From contig OZ241829.1 in the NCBI GenBank assembly GCA_965202585.1, forward strand, positions 63,240,001 through 63,304,000: DNA of 64,000 nucleotides. Reading direction: 5' to 3'. Source of the stretch: Thalia democratica. Its lineage: Eukaryota. The translations under genes and the position numbers were made by a program. Shown piece after piece: positions 37,743 to 50,281 of this stretch; position 1 is the stretch's first letter; each line of letters opens with the position of its first letter. The notes below the pieces were generated by a model, which worked only from the letters and a program-made list of their open reading frames with translations, did not search any database and was not told where the DNA came from.

Positions 37743-38753
37743 ATGGAAAACGCATTTATTATAAATGATCTTATGAATACAATGCTGACTGCAGTAGAAG
37801 AAAACTTGTCAGCTGACAGTTTCAATGCTATTCAGGAGCAAACTAGCTTTGAAAAAGCGAATGAGATTGTTGTACATAATAATGATGTACCAACTCAAAC
37901 TTCTGAGCTTTGTAGTGGAAATAAAACTGAGTCTAACATACAACATGAGTTTGAGTTCTTAAATGCTCCTTCGTTGGTACAAAACGAAAGGAAAGACAGC
38001 CTTATAATGGAGAACTTTGATGAAGTTAAAAATGATGATGCTTCTTTCAATATGGTGATTGACTCCACTGAAAACAATGAAGTGGAAAGCAAAATTCCTG
38101 AAAACGAGCAACAACATGGCATTGTTTCTATTGATGCAGCAAAAGACTGTCTAATGTCGTTGAAAACAAAATCAAGCATTAAAGTCTCTACGGAGCTGGG
38201 AAATCAAAGAAACCTTGACATGGGAGATAACGATGCACAAGTTTCTGTAAAGAAAAACAATGAGGTAATGAAACTTGAAAGAGAAATGTTAATTGATAAT
38301 AAATTATCTGAAAATGACAAAAATATTGAAGAAGTGTTTAGTTTTAGCTCACTCGAAAGAGAACTGACACCAGATTACGAAATCTTGTCTAATGATAGTG
38401 AGTTTTTTCTCACTAAAAGTCCTGGTATAGAAAGCAACTTTCAACAAGAGATTGAAATCTGTTGCTCAGTAAAATCATCCAATAGCAAAATACCGAAGAA
38501 GACTTTGGAAGTTAGCAATAAACGAAAGATGAAATCAAAATCTAAAAAGTTCAGATGGTTTAGATCAAATAGAGTTTCTCCCGACCAGCTACAACAAGAA
38601 GTAAAAACTAAGTCAAAGGCAAAGAGGCTGGCTTCGAACTTTGCTAAAGGACTGAGAAGTTCATTTAATAGTGTAAGGAAAGCTTACAAAAGCAGAAGAC
38701 GATTAAATTTGATGGTTTTATGTCCAGTACCTTTGTTTTTCATGCATTTGTAA
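37743..38753 (+). CDS. Orphan gene 'C', intact 336 aa; acidic low-complexity N-half, basic C-half with KKFRWFRSNRVSP and a hydrophobic tail
   Basis: Long ORF in AT-rich DNA, frame conserved across three copies. The acceptor-like TTTTAG just upstream means earlier exons are possible. No recognised domain. Confidence 0.8.
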   Translation: MENAFIINDLMNTMLTAVEENLSADSFNAIQEQTSFEKANEIVVHNNDVPTQTSELCSGNKTESNIQHEFEFLNAPSLVQNERKDSLIMENFDEVKNDDASFNMVIDSTENNEVESKIPENEQQHGIVSIDAAKDCLMSLKTKSSIKVSTELGNQRNLDMGDNDAQVSVKKNNEVMKLEREMLIDNKLSENDKNIEEVFSFSSLERELTPDYEILSNDSEFFLTKSPGIESNFQQEIEICCSVKSSNSKIPKKTLEVSNKRKMKSKSKKFRWFRSNRVSPDQLQQEVKTKSKAKRLASNFAKGLRSSFNSVRKAYKSRRRLNLMVLCPVPLFFMHL

Positions 38754-39266
38754 TATAATGCATTTCTTAATAAAATTGATACAACTGGTATTTGTTTCTT
38801 TTCTTTTATTTTAATTAGGCAATGATCAAAATCTGATGAAAATTAATACTGCTTTTAGTAGTTCATCTATGACAACATCTAAGTTCTAAATTAAAAGTTT
38901 CTAAATAAAATTTAACACTACTACAACTAGCAGTACTTTTTAATATTTATGTCGGTGTACTTTATGTTAGCATACGATAAAAACAAAAGTGATATTAGAG
39001 TGAAAAGACTTATATAAGTGGAGATAGATATGAATTTAGAAGAAGTTTATCTATAATAACATCCAGTTAAAGAGTTTTTAAACCAAGCTAAGCAGTATTA
39101 CAATTAGAAAAAAAAAATAGTAAAGAAAAGTATAGTGAAATGCTAAATTTTATATTGATATTTATTATAGGTTAGGCTTGTAACATTCTAGTATCAAATC
39201 TTATAATGAGGTTAAACAACTTTTTATCAAAGCGTTTTAAATTCATAACAAAAACTGAATATCAAA

Positions 39267-39296
39267 ACGAACAGTTACGAACAGTTACGAACAGTT
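39267..39296. repeat. 10-bp tandem triplication (ACGAACAGTT)3
   Basis: Direct read. Single copy at the paralogous site in unit A (~13724). Confidence 0.85.
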
Positions 39297-40763
39297 GAAA
39301 TATCAAAACAAAAGTGAATTTAAAGTTGAAAACACTAAAATGCAGGTAGATATGGGTGTAGAAGAATATATATTGTTTACTGCGTATCTGACAAAAGCAG
39401 TTACGTGAAGTTTCAAACTTCAACAATTTTAATTCTTAAACCATTGTTTGAAAGTCCACAACTAAAAAAGTAATATATATTGGAAAATAAAAACACTTTA
39501 GATTTAAAAAATAATATTATGATGGCGAAAAAAAATCAAAAACATATAGATAAAAGTAGAAAACTGATATCTACTAAAATAACTCCATTTTAGTAACTTT
39601 TGAAACTTTTTAAAGGTATATCTCAAAAAATAGTCAACATTTTTATAAAATAAAAGTTGTTTATGTAATAATTAAAGGATTATAACGGTAAAATACAACC
39701 ATTAATCAGAAACTTGTATAATTTTTTTGATTACGCATCGAAAGCTACATAGAAATTAAAAGTTCTAAATGTTTTACTACTGTCACTTGAAGTTTTTATT
39801 CATGTTTTTTTAATGTTTATTTAGTTAAGATATCAACCTTTTTGTTGAAATTCTTCTTAACTTTTTAAGTTTTCTTAAGAGCTTTAATAAAAAGCTACTT
39901 TAGCATTAAAAATTAAAAAGAAATATAAATAATTATTGTCGTCAAAACGAAAGTTTTACATAATAATAAGATTAATTAAAAAAAAATTTTTACAGTTTAG
40001 TTTACAAAAAATTAAATTAATTATCTAATTTTTTAATTGTACAAAAGTTTTAATTAGTTATCAAATTTTGTACAGCATGACATTAAAACAGAATTTGAAA
40101 CCTGATCGTTTAATTATTATTTATTTGAACAGCTGCAATTCTTTGTTTGGCATTTATAAAAAATATTATTTTTAACTAGTTCATTATTTCAAAAAAGAAA
40201 ACATCCATAATAAATTATTCAAATGCCGAACTCGAATGTATTTGAAATAAAATGTATATGAAACGTAAAGTTCTTTCAGCATATAAATAATTTTCTACTA
40301 GAACGTCACAAGTTATTAGCAAAAGTTAATAAAGGCAAAGGAATAGAAGTAGAGGTAGTTAAAATAATAAAAAACCACTTAATGAGTTTGTTCCATCTCA
40401 AGAAGAAAAAACATCATTAAAACTGAATTCAAGTATTTTGGCGATATAAAATTTGTGCAACTTACTAATTTTATAACTGTTCGATAAAAACAACAGTTTA
40501 ATTCTTAATTTATATAGTTTATAAAAACAACAACAGAGCAATTTTAATGAAACCATAAAAACTTTTGGTTAAGAAAAGCATGAAACTTTACTTAGTTTAG
40601 TCATAAAGTAAAACAAACAAATTCTAAAATTGTATTAATAAAACATTGAAAAAAAGTAACAAAACTAAATATGTTTTGACCTAAAAAATAAGATAGAGCG
40701 AAATGTTGTACTTTAAAGCTAATATGGGCAGTGTTTTGAAATTTTTGTAATTTCTTTAAACAC

Positions 40764-42532
40764 TCAAAAAGACTGATGTAATTTTTCCAATTCTTCATTG
40801 GAGCTGCATGAAGATATTTGCAGGTTGGATCTCGTTCCTAGACTTTGAGTTTTCTTCAATTCAGTTTTCTTTCTTTCGTAGGCTCTGCAGAGTTACGATT
40901 TAGTTTTAAGCGGACTTGAGTACTCGGCAATTAAAAAAAACTTTATTGTTTATTTTTAATTTTTACACATTTACTTCATAACTTACTTGTAGCTGATTTA
41001 TATGCATAACACAATTATAAGCGATATTTTTAAATATTTTCATTCTAAACACTCGTTTTACTCAAGAATAGCAGCAATTTTTTACTGCAAACATGTTTTT
41101 TAAAGATAACGCTCAAATATTATCTAAAAAATACCAATGTCATATTTTAAAACACAACAACTCGTACTAGTTAAAAATTTTCCATCAGTTATTTTTTTAC
41201 TTTTACGACAAGTGTCAACATTCTATTTGAACAAAAATCACGCTTTAAAAACCCGTTCGCGGTGAAACTCAGCAACCGTACAAATTTTTGAATAATTATT
41301 TTTTGGAATTATTTACAACAACGTCGCAATTTAAAAGAACTTAAATTTTAGTTTTTGATTTTTACAATTATACTGTACAACTTACTCGTAAGTTATTTAT
41401 ATAAATAACAAAGATATAAGCGATATTTTTTAATATTTTTGTTTTTAATACTTGCTATGTTCAATATGATTGTTTGATTCATTGCAAATAAATTTATGTA
41501 AAACGATGCTCAAGTGTTAGCTAGAAAAATGAATGTCATTAGCAAAATTTAAAACACAACATTTGCCACTAGTTTAAGTTTTCCATCAGTTATCAAATTC
41601 TTACTTTTTATATCAAGAATCTACTTTATTTTTGAACAAAAACACAGTTTAAAACTCGTTCGCGGTGAAATAACTATTTTTTTAATTATTTACAACAACC
41701 TTGTAGTCTTGGCTCTCTGCTGCCTCTTGTCCCACACGTAGTAGGAAGTTGCGACGGCCAGCGGCACGACCCCGAGACCAAACAAAAAACCCCCTACTAC
41801 GAACATGACGAATACGATGTCGTGGGTCGAAGTCTTTTGCACTTTGAACTGGCCGCAAACCTTAAATTGAAATTCGATTTTTGATCGAATTGATGTTTAT
41901 ATTTTTAATCACGGCAAGATTTGAAGAAATGAACTATTTTTTTCTACTTGTTTGTGCTAGTTTGTTACATAAATAGGTCTAAATACCTTAAACAAAATTT
42001 TTATGGTAAAAACATTTAATCGTGACTTTTTTTTTTAGTTTTTTAGGGTTTATTCAACAAGAAGTTCATTCTTTAAAGCCTTTATTAACAAAAAAGGATG
42101 AAATAAATTTAAATGTTTAATTCATGAACTTTAATAAACAGTAATGAACAATAAAATTCTATAACTGTAAAATTTTGAATTCCAATTTTCACTAACTTAA
42201 GATGTACGAATTTTCACTATAGGTTTTTCACATAAACATTTGTTTATACTTAACAACATGATTCGAAATCATGGACAGGTGTTAAATACACGAAACAGGT
42301 GCCTTGCACGGGTCTCTAATACTTGCGAGAATACATAATAACAATTTGCATAAAATTTAACAAAAAGTACCCCTCTTTTCTTTTCAGGCAGTATGACGCA
42401 ACAAATGGACGACTATGAGTGAGAATTGATCATTATTGAATAAATTTGTCTTTTCTTCCTCTTTTTCAAGTTCACTCTCATCATCTTAGATCCGAATGTG
42501 TGACAAACTGTCATCTGTAACATTACGTACAT
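40764..42532 (-). pseudogene. Membrane protein gene 'E', copy 2, with TAG in its first exon (exons 42532-42371, 41860-41700, 40884-40764)
   Basis: TM and tail exons are open. Codon 42415-42413 is TAG where copy 1 has TCC. Status depends on that upstream exon being real. Confidence 0.55.
40925..41700. repeat. Old ~400-bp intronic tandem duplication (~40925-41325 / ~41326-41700)
   Basis: Both halves align to unit A 15280-15690, including CGTTCGCGGTGAAA and ATTTACAACAAC. Confidence 0.75.
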
Positions 42533-45500
42533 TATGACATCATACCTACTTTTAATGTTTAAACAAGGTAAAAAATCATATTAAAAAAGGTTTGGCTGGA
42601 TAAAAACTATTTAAAAGATAGTGAGCTTTTTCATGCTTGTTAATTAATAATACAGTTTAGAAACAGTTAATTGGATAAAAGTTTGTTTTAGATTCACTTT
42701 CATTCTGAAAACAAACTTTGTCCGTTATGTTTAAATATATAAGTTAACTATCTTTGTAGTTTAGCTTTGTTTTAAAAACATATTTTAAAATTTTAGCTTT
42801 CAGCATGCATTTTAATAATAAAAAAATATCAATATTTAGTTAAGTAAAAGTATTTTCCTTTCAGGCTAGACAAAACCTATGTAAGTCTCTAGGCACTGAA
42901 ATATTTATATTGATCAGTATATATCTTTCCCAGCTAAATTATGAATTTTTAATGTTAAATGAAATTGACGTAAAAAATTATTAGTAAGACGTCTTTAAGT
43001 TATTAGAAAGAAAAAAAAAACTGGCTAGAAGTTTTACTTGTTATAAAAAATGCTTATAGTTTCTTGGATTTTTTTTTATTTTAAATAAATTTTTAATACA
43101 TAAGTACACAACAGTAAAATAAAAAATTTAAGTACAAGAGTTATGAAACTGTATTTTTTAATATCTTGGAAAACCTTGGAAGTATTAAGTTAAATTACTA
43201 CATTACTTCTTCTATATGTTTTTAACAATAGTAATTTAGAAAGTTTGTGAATATTTACAGTACACTATACGTATAAATTAAACGAAAGAAAAAATATATA
43301 GAATCAACTATTAGTAACATGGATGTATTTAGATGTTTAACTACAACTATGTTACTTACCTTGAATCGAAAACTATTGAGAAAAAGTCATTTAGAAAGTA
43401 AGCTTTATTAATATTTAACAATTAAGTTTATTTTAAATGCATAATAGACGAATAAATTAAAAGTAAAATAATAATAAAAAACAGCAGGTTAAGTGAAAAC
43501 ATCTTTAGTTGTACTCAGTATATAATTATATAACTTATCGAAATTTTTATCTTTAAACCACATTGAAGAGTTGCTTACAAAAGTAAATTTAAGACCCAGC
43601 ATAACAAATTAATTATACATTGTTTTTTTTGTTTGTAGATTTAAAAAAAAATTAATAAGGTGAGTTTTGAAAATAAGTTAAAATACTTTTACAAGTTACA
43701 ACACAAACAAAATAAAATATTTAAGTTTTTCTACAACTAATTCAAAATTTAAGTTTTTGTTTGTTACTAATATAAATAACAATCCAATACTTTTCATAAA
43801 AGTTTTAATATATTTTCACTGAAACTGTTCAGAAAACTACTGCAGACATTTAAAATAAAACAATAAACTTTAGAAAATTACTTAAGTGATTAGTTAGATT
43901 GCTGTAAAAAAAACATTCAAAAAAACTTTAGATTGTTTACATAGTCTGTTTACTTTCTGTTTACATAGTTCAGTTTTTATAAAGTTAAATATAAATTTAG
44001 GTGTATGTTTATTTACTCTCGTTTTTAGATGGTTTTGTTTTTGGTTTTTATATTTCACTAAACGAAATAAAACTAGTACAATGTTAAGCAATTTTTTACT
44101 TTTGTATTGAGCAGTTTTTAAAATCAAAATAAAAACAAAATATAACATTTTAAATGATCTTCCACCAACTAAAACTAAACCCTAGATGAATTTTAACAAA
44201 CAAAAAACTTTCAAAAAACTGTTAATTTCAGTAGTTTGTTTAGCGAAAAATATTTATCTCCAGTGTTTTACTTGTCTAAAACGCTTTTAGTAATGCACTT
44301 AGTGGTTATTCATGCCTTAATTTTCACCAACTTAACAATAGTAGTTTTTTTTTGAACAGCGTTTCAAATATTCAAGCGTCAGCAGTTTTGTTTCTAAATC
44401 GTCTAGGGAATTTACTGTTTTACTAATTGAAAATTAAAACGCAAAAACATCGATTGAATTTTACCCCGAGTTGACTTTGTTACTGACATTTGTTTCTGGT
44501 TTGAATTAACTTTTCAATCTGTTTAATGGAATTTGTCTTGGTTTGGAAAATGGTAAACTGCTTAAGTTGATTGGTTGGAAAAAAATTGCCTGAACAGATG
44601 TTTGATTTGTTAAAAAGATTAAAGAATTGATAAATGAAGTGTAGAAAATATATTGTACTTTGTTACAGTACAACAATGGTTTTTTATTTAGTTATCGAAT
44701 TAAAAAAAAACAAACCTAAATTTGGATGATAGTTGGTCTAATAACAGTTTATGTAAACTTAAATATATATTTTGCATTTTTTATTAACTAGTAGATGTAA
44801 ATTCAAAAATCTGGTGCGTTTAGCTTTAATTAGTCAATAAAAATAAAGTTACAAACTATACTAAACTGCCATAGAAAAAGTTCTAATAAAATCCTTAAGT
44901 AGATGTAATATTTAAGTGAGTTGTAGCATTTGTTATATTTGTAACACCCTATTTAAAAGTTACACTTAAACGAATATTTTAGAGTACATCCATATTTATA
45001 TACATAATTTACTTTTCAAAATCTGTAAATACAAGTAAAAATCTTGTGAAAAATGGCACGAAAAGTTTTTTCGACCTGTAATTAGTTGTAAAAACTTTTA
45101 TCGATGTTTGCTTCAACGAGTGGTTAAAATTAGTACGTTATGTACATAAGAAAATAAACACTATGGAGAAAAATTACCGGTAAAAGGAATGAAAGTTATG
45201 AATGATTTATACGCTACGTAAATTTTTTAATGATTTTCTCTTTTCTAATGTTAGTTACCATAGTAACTAACTCAAGTTTATATTAAACAAGATCAAAAGG
45301 TTAGGTTGATTCCGCCCGGCTTTAATACTTTATTGTTTTTATTTTTAAAACAAAATAGCTTCTATTTTGACGAATATGTAGTTTACTTACTAGAAAACTA
45401 GCTAATATGAATTTCTTAAATGTTGTCAAAAGGTCAAAAAAAACTTATTTGTTTGAATATAAACTTATTTTTGTATCATTAAGCTTAAGTTATTTGTAAA

Positions 45501-45544
45501 CAAAAAAGTCGCACACAGTAAATAAAAACTCAAAAGATAAGATT

Positions 45545-46744
45545 TTAACACTTATGTTGAAATATGACTAGTGTATGTGTCTTATAGTATGGTTTTAAGA
45601 AAATACTCAAGTAGTTATAAACCATCTGGGATGAGAACCTTTTAAAGCTCAATACTGCGGTTCTACTCTAATGTACGAAAAAAAAACAAAAAAGAATTAT
45701 AGCCTTTCTTATTTACTAATGTGTCTTAGAAATATTTTTCATATTAAACTCAAGTTATTAGCTTATTATTATTTTTTATTACCTTAAAAAACAAAAAAAA
45801 AAATTTAACCTCTCTCTTTAAAACTTTTGATCTGAAAAAATCAACGTCTACTGCATTGTGCTCATTATGAAGTTGCATGGAAACTTTTAAATATTCATTC
45901 AACTTGTAACTGTTTAAAATGAATTTTATTAAATATTAGCTAACGAAGTTGAACAAACTAGCAAAAATCAATTAAGGCCGTTGACGATAGTAAAAATGTA
46001 AGAGACCTAGTAAATAATTGTTATATGCTTTAAAAAAAAACGAGTTACTATAAGTTTTTAAGTTGTGTATAAATTTTTATATTAGTTGTGGTAACAAATA
46101 TTATTTCAATTAAATGTAGTTTAAACTTGTTTCGAAGGTGATATAGCTGATGTATGTTTATTAAAACATTTTAAAATTATCAGATGTGTTATTGCAAACA
46201 ATTTTTTAACTATTTACCAATTAAGAGTTGTAAAATTCAATAACACGAAATATTTTGTTCAGCTACTTTTTGAGATAAATATTATTTTTTCTCAAACAGT
46301 AAGTAAACGAGTATAAAAATTCAATTAACTGTTTTCTTGAGGTTGAAACAAAATATTTTTTTTATTGTTGTTACAACTTTTAGCTATGTAAAAAAAAGTA
46401 CATCAATATATGGTCTTTTGTCTCAAAATATAAAAATTCTTAATAATATTAGAATTAAATTTATAGCATAGTTTTATCTTTAGCTTATAACAAACTTTAT
46501 TTGGTTATACGAAACCAAAACATATTAAAAATAATATTCATACATGATAATACTTTTCTTTTCAAATAACTTACAAGAAATGAGTTGTGTTTGTCTGTTT
46601 ATAAAGAGCCATTTTGAAATCGTCCTCGGCCCCACAAGCTTTATTGAAAAAATTTGTGTACTTTGGTTTCACCGCATGGCCAGCCTTGTCTTTTTTATTT
46701 CTATCATCATGTTTTTCAGCCAACTTCTTTGAGGTCTGAGTCAT
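45545..46744 (-). CDS. Spliced orphan gene 'B', copy A' (exons 46744-46575, 45909-45810, 45667-45545)
   Basis: Same exon sizes and splice dinucleotides as copy A. Confidence 0.72.
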
Positions 46745-47058
46745 TTTTTGTTTTTATTTTACATTGGTACAAAATTAAAACGATTTGTTAAGTAGATAGA
46801 AGTATAAAAAAAATGATACCTACACAATTTAAACTTTAATGCATGATTAATTCGAAAAAGTTTGTTATTTTAATTAGTTTTGTTATATGAAATAAATTGT
46901 TTTAACGTTTTGAAAGACTAATTTTTTGTAATTAAACAGTATTTTCTTATAAAATCTAATATGTAAACTTATTTTCTTTGAAAATAACTGATCGTATAAA
47001 TAAATAGTTTTAAAACAAAGTAAAAGACTTATGTATTGTAAAATTAAACCGAATCATG

Positions 47059-50000
47059 CTAATCAAGTCTCACAGTGTTAGCAAGAACATCGACGTCAAT
47101 GGATTTTGAACTTTTAACGCAATCAGCATTGGATGAAGTTGTGTTTTCCGTTGTGAATTCGATGACGTTCGTTGACTTTACTATTTTCATATCAGCGTTA
47201 GTCGTTGCTTTTGTAAAAAGATTAAATTAAGCGTCAATTTGTCTAACCAAATTCACTTAACTAACTATAATAAGTGGCTTTGGTTTATGAATCTATACTT
47301 TCTGTGCATTAAAGAATTAATTCATATCACATTAAATTGAAATGCTTCAAAGCAAGTAGAATAAATCATTTTTGGTTTTTTAAACAAAATGAATAATTAA
47401 TAAGTTTGAAGACAATAAACAACAAAAGCTTTTTAGCTTTAGAATTTAAAACTACTTTTTACATTTCTTTGACAGTTTGACAGCTGAAATGTTATAAATA
47501 TGAATATAAATCGTTTATAAAATCAACAAATTGAAATTGCACATAAATAGAAAATAAAAATTAATAAAAATATTATTGAATGATTCATTAAAAACTTTAA
47601 AACTACAATTTTATTAAAATAGGAATTTAGTAAATATTGATTACAATCTTAGCTCAATGCAGCATATAGCTACTTATTGAAAACCTCCAAGCCATAAGGT
47701 TTTTGCATAAAACTGCTTTACTAATTACTTGATTAACGTTAAAATTTACCCGCTTTGATTTTAATGCTAAAGAAACAAAACTTTTATTAACAATTGAATC
47801 ATAGTTAACTAGCTCTTTATTTTGTGTTTAGGCCTCTGCAAAATAATTAAAAATATATAAATCTCATAAAACAAAATGTTTTAAATACGTAAGTCTAAGA
47901 AGCAAAAAAAGACTTTGTATATTTTAAATACTTTTAGTTTGTTTAAACATAAATTGCAAAAACAGACTACAAAGATTTATACCACAGCAATGTTCTTATA
48001 GTGTTTATAACAATTTAATTACTAAAACGTATAAAATTAGTAACTAACGTTTTACCAATTGAATACTAGCATAGTAAGTGCCTGTAAAATCTTCAACATA
48101 ACAAGATATTGTTCCATTTTTCAAATTTTCTTCTTCAACTGTCACAGTAGATTTTGAAATCGTGTAGTTTTCAGTGACTCCAATCGAGAACGAAACACCT
48201 TTTTGAATTTACTATTTCAGGGGTCGGCTTAGTTTTAAGAATTGAAAGCGGTGAAAAAATTGTTGTAATAAAATTGTATTGTAAAAATTATTAAGCTTCA
48301 TGGTGCAAAATAACAAAATATTTAACTTTTTTTTGATAATTGAAATCAAACTAAAAACTAACTTTTCATACAATTATTACTTTTTTACAATTAATGATAA
48401 CTTTAAACATTTTTCAAAACCAACCGAACACGGATATTTTCAGATAACTGGTATCGGCCATCCGGGGCCTCCTGTCAACCAGGCAGTTGAAGGTCACGCT
48501 GCTGTTGGCAACCAGGGTCTGGTTCACGATCCCCCACCCCTCTAAGCTCTCCCCCCTCTTGAATATGACGTACACTCGGGTGCGGTAGCAAACACTGTTC
48601 TCGTACACGTCTGAGTGGTTGAGAGACGGGAATTCGGGGTGGAGATTCTCGCTTTTGCTCTTGCACCCCAGTTTCGTCCACCTGGCGACGAACTCCTCGT
48701 CGCTCGTTGCTAGGTAACGGGCAAACGCAATGACGTCACAATCACAACGAAGGTTGTCGTTTGGGTGCAGCCCAAGATCGGTGAGGTGACTCAGCCGCGT
48801 CATGACGACGTCGTCGTTGCCGGGCAACGTCAGGAGGCGGTTGTTGTTGAGGCTGAGGTGGGTGAGATTGGGGAGGTCTTCGAGGCAGCTCCAAGGAAAA
48901 TGTTCGATTAAGTTGTCGGTGAGGTACAACCTAAACAATAAATTTGTACACTTGGATAAAATTTTAACCAACTGAAACTGAGTCGGTATTGATAAAATAT
49001 CAAATAATGTATGTTTTAAAATTAAGTTTATTAAAACTTAGATTTAGAAAAATTACTAACCCAGAGAACATAAATAAGATTCAGCTAGTTATTTTAAATG
49101 AATTTGATATCATTAATTTTCAAATATTATATCTATTTTTCAATGTTTTTAAATTCAAGCCTTCTAACCAACTTTCTTAATAAGCCAAGATTTTTAAATG
49201 CACTTTCGTTTATGCTGACTATTTGATTGTCTTCTAGTTTCAAAATAAGAACATTTGGCAGATCTTTAAACATCTGTAATTTTTATTTTACTGTTACATT
49301 TAATTTGTATCTAATTTATTTAAATTTTGTTTTTTTACTAAAATTCATGTAGAAAATAACACTCCATTCTATTAAGGATAATCAAGTTAACAAGTAAAAA
49401 AAAATATCCTGGACAAGACCTTAAAAAGTATCCGTGGTGTTCGACTCGATTAGCAAAAGGTTTTTTCGAACACTAGGTCCAAGGACCAAAAATTTTGAGC
49501 AGTTTCTTTTTTGTCCTTAAATAAACAACATATGAATAGCCAAAAAAACCCTATTTCTAGTGTAAAAAGTATTGACTTATTATTTTTTAAATTTTCGTAA
49601 AGCTATTATTTTTACGATTTTGTACACATACTTCTTGTTAACATTATATTTGGCAAAACTAAACTTATACTTTTTATTTATTTTTTCATCAAGTTTTATA
49701 CTTTTAAGAAACTTTAATCATATACTATTTGTGGGCATAAACTAATTCTGATTAAATATAAAACGTTTTGAAATTGAGATTTTATTTCATGTTTAGGGAT
49801 AAAGTTTATTCGAACAAATTTTTGATCTAACAGAAAATCTTTAAAAAATAAGCTTGTTAGAGTAAATAAAACTTGGTCAAGTAAAAAAAAACTTACATTT
49901 GCAGTTAAATTTCTCATATTTTCTTGTCTCAGTCTGAACATTGTCACATTTGACGGAACATCTTTAAAATAGTTTGTGCTTTTGTAACTAGAGCAACTGA

Positions 50001-50281
50001 CATAAAATCCTTTTTCTGTATCCGTTTCTGAATAGTTCTTACAACTGTTAAAAAAATAGATTAATCGATATATCTTTCTACTTGGCGGGAAATTTGTATA
50101 AATATTTAATACGATTTCAAAACTGTCTTAAAATATCCAAATATTCTTAAAATAAAAAAACTATTAAAAACAAATAGTAAAACTAAATAAAAAGTTACCT
50201 GCAGTTTGTTAAGCAAGATTCACAAAACTTTACATACAAGTTTGTTAAAATGAACAGCACATTATAATCAAATAACTTCAT
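47059..50281 (-). CDS. LRR-Ig protein, copy A', intact 378 aa
   Basis: Exons 50281-50199, 50044-49897, 49273-49173, 48930-48425, 48198-48049, 47207-47059. Has CAA at the codon that is TAA in copy A. Confidence 0.87.

Larger units (their letters stand above)
17371..43290. repeat. Segmental tandem-array unit, copy B (diverged, expanded by Gypsy, hAT and MITE insertions)
   Basis: 17371 TTCCACTAACTAAAACTAAACCCTAG corresponds to ~279 of copy A. It is colinear with A throughout, with visibly more non-coding substitutions and indels than A vs A'. Confidence 0.92.
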
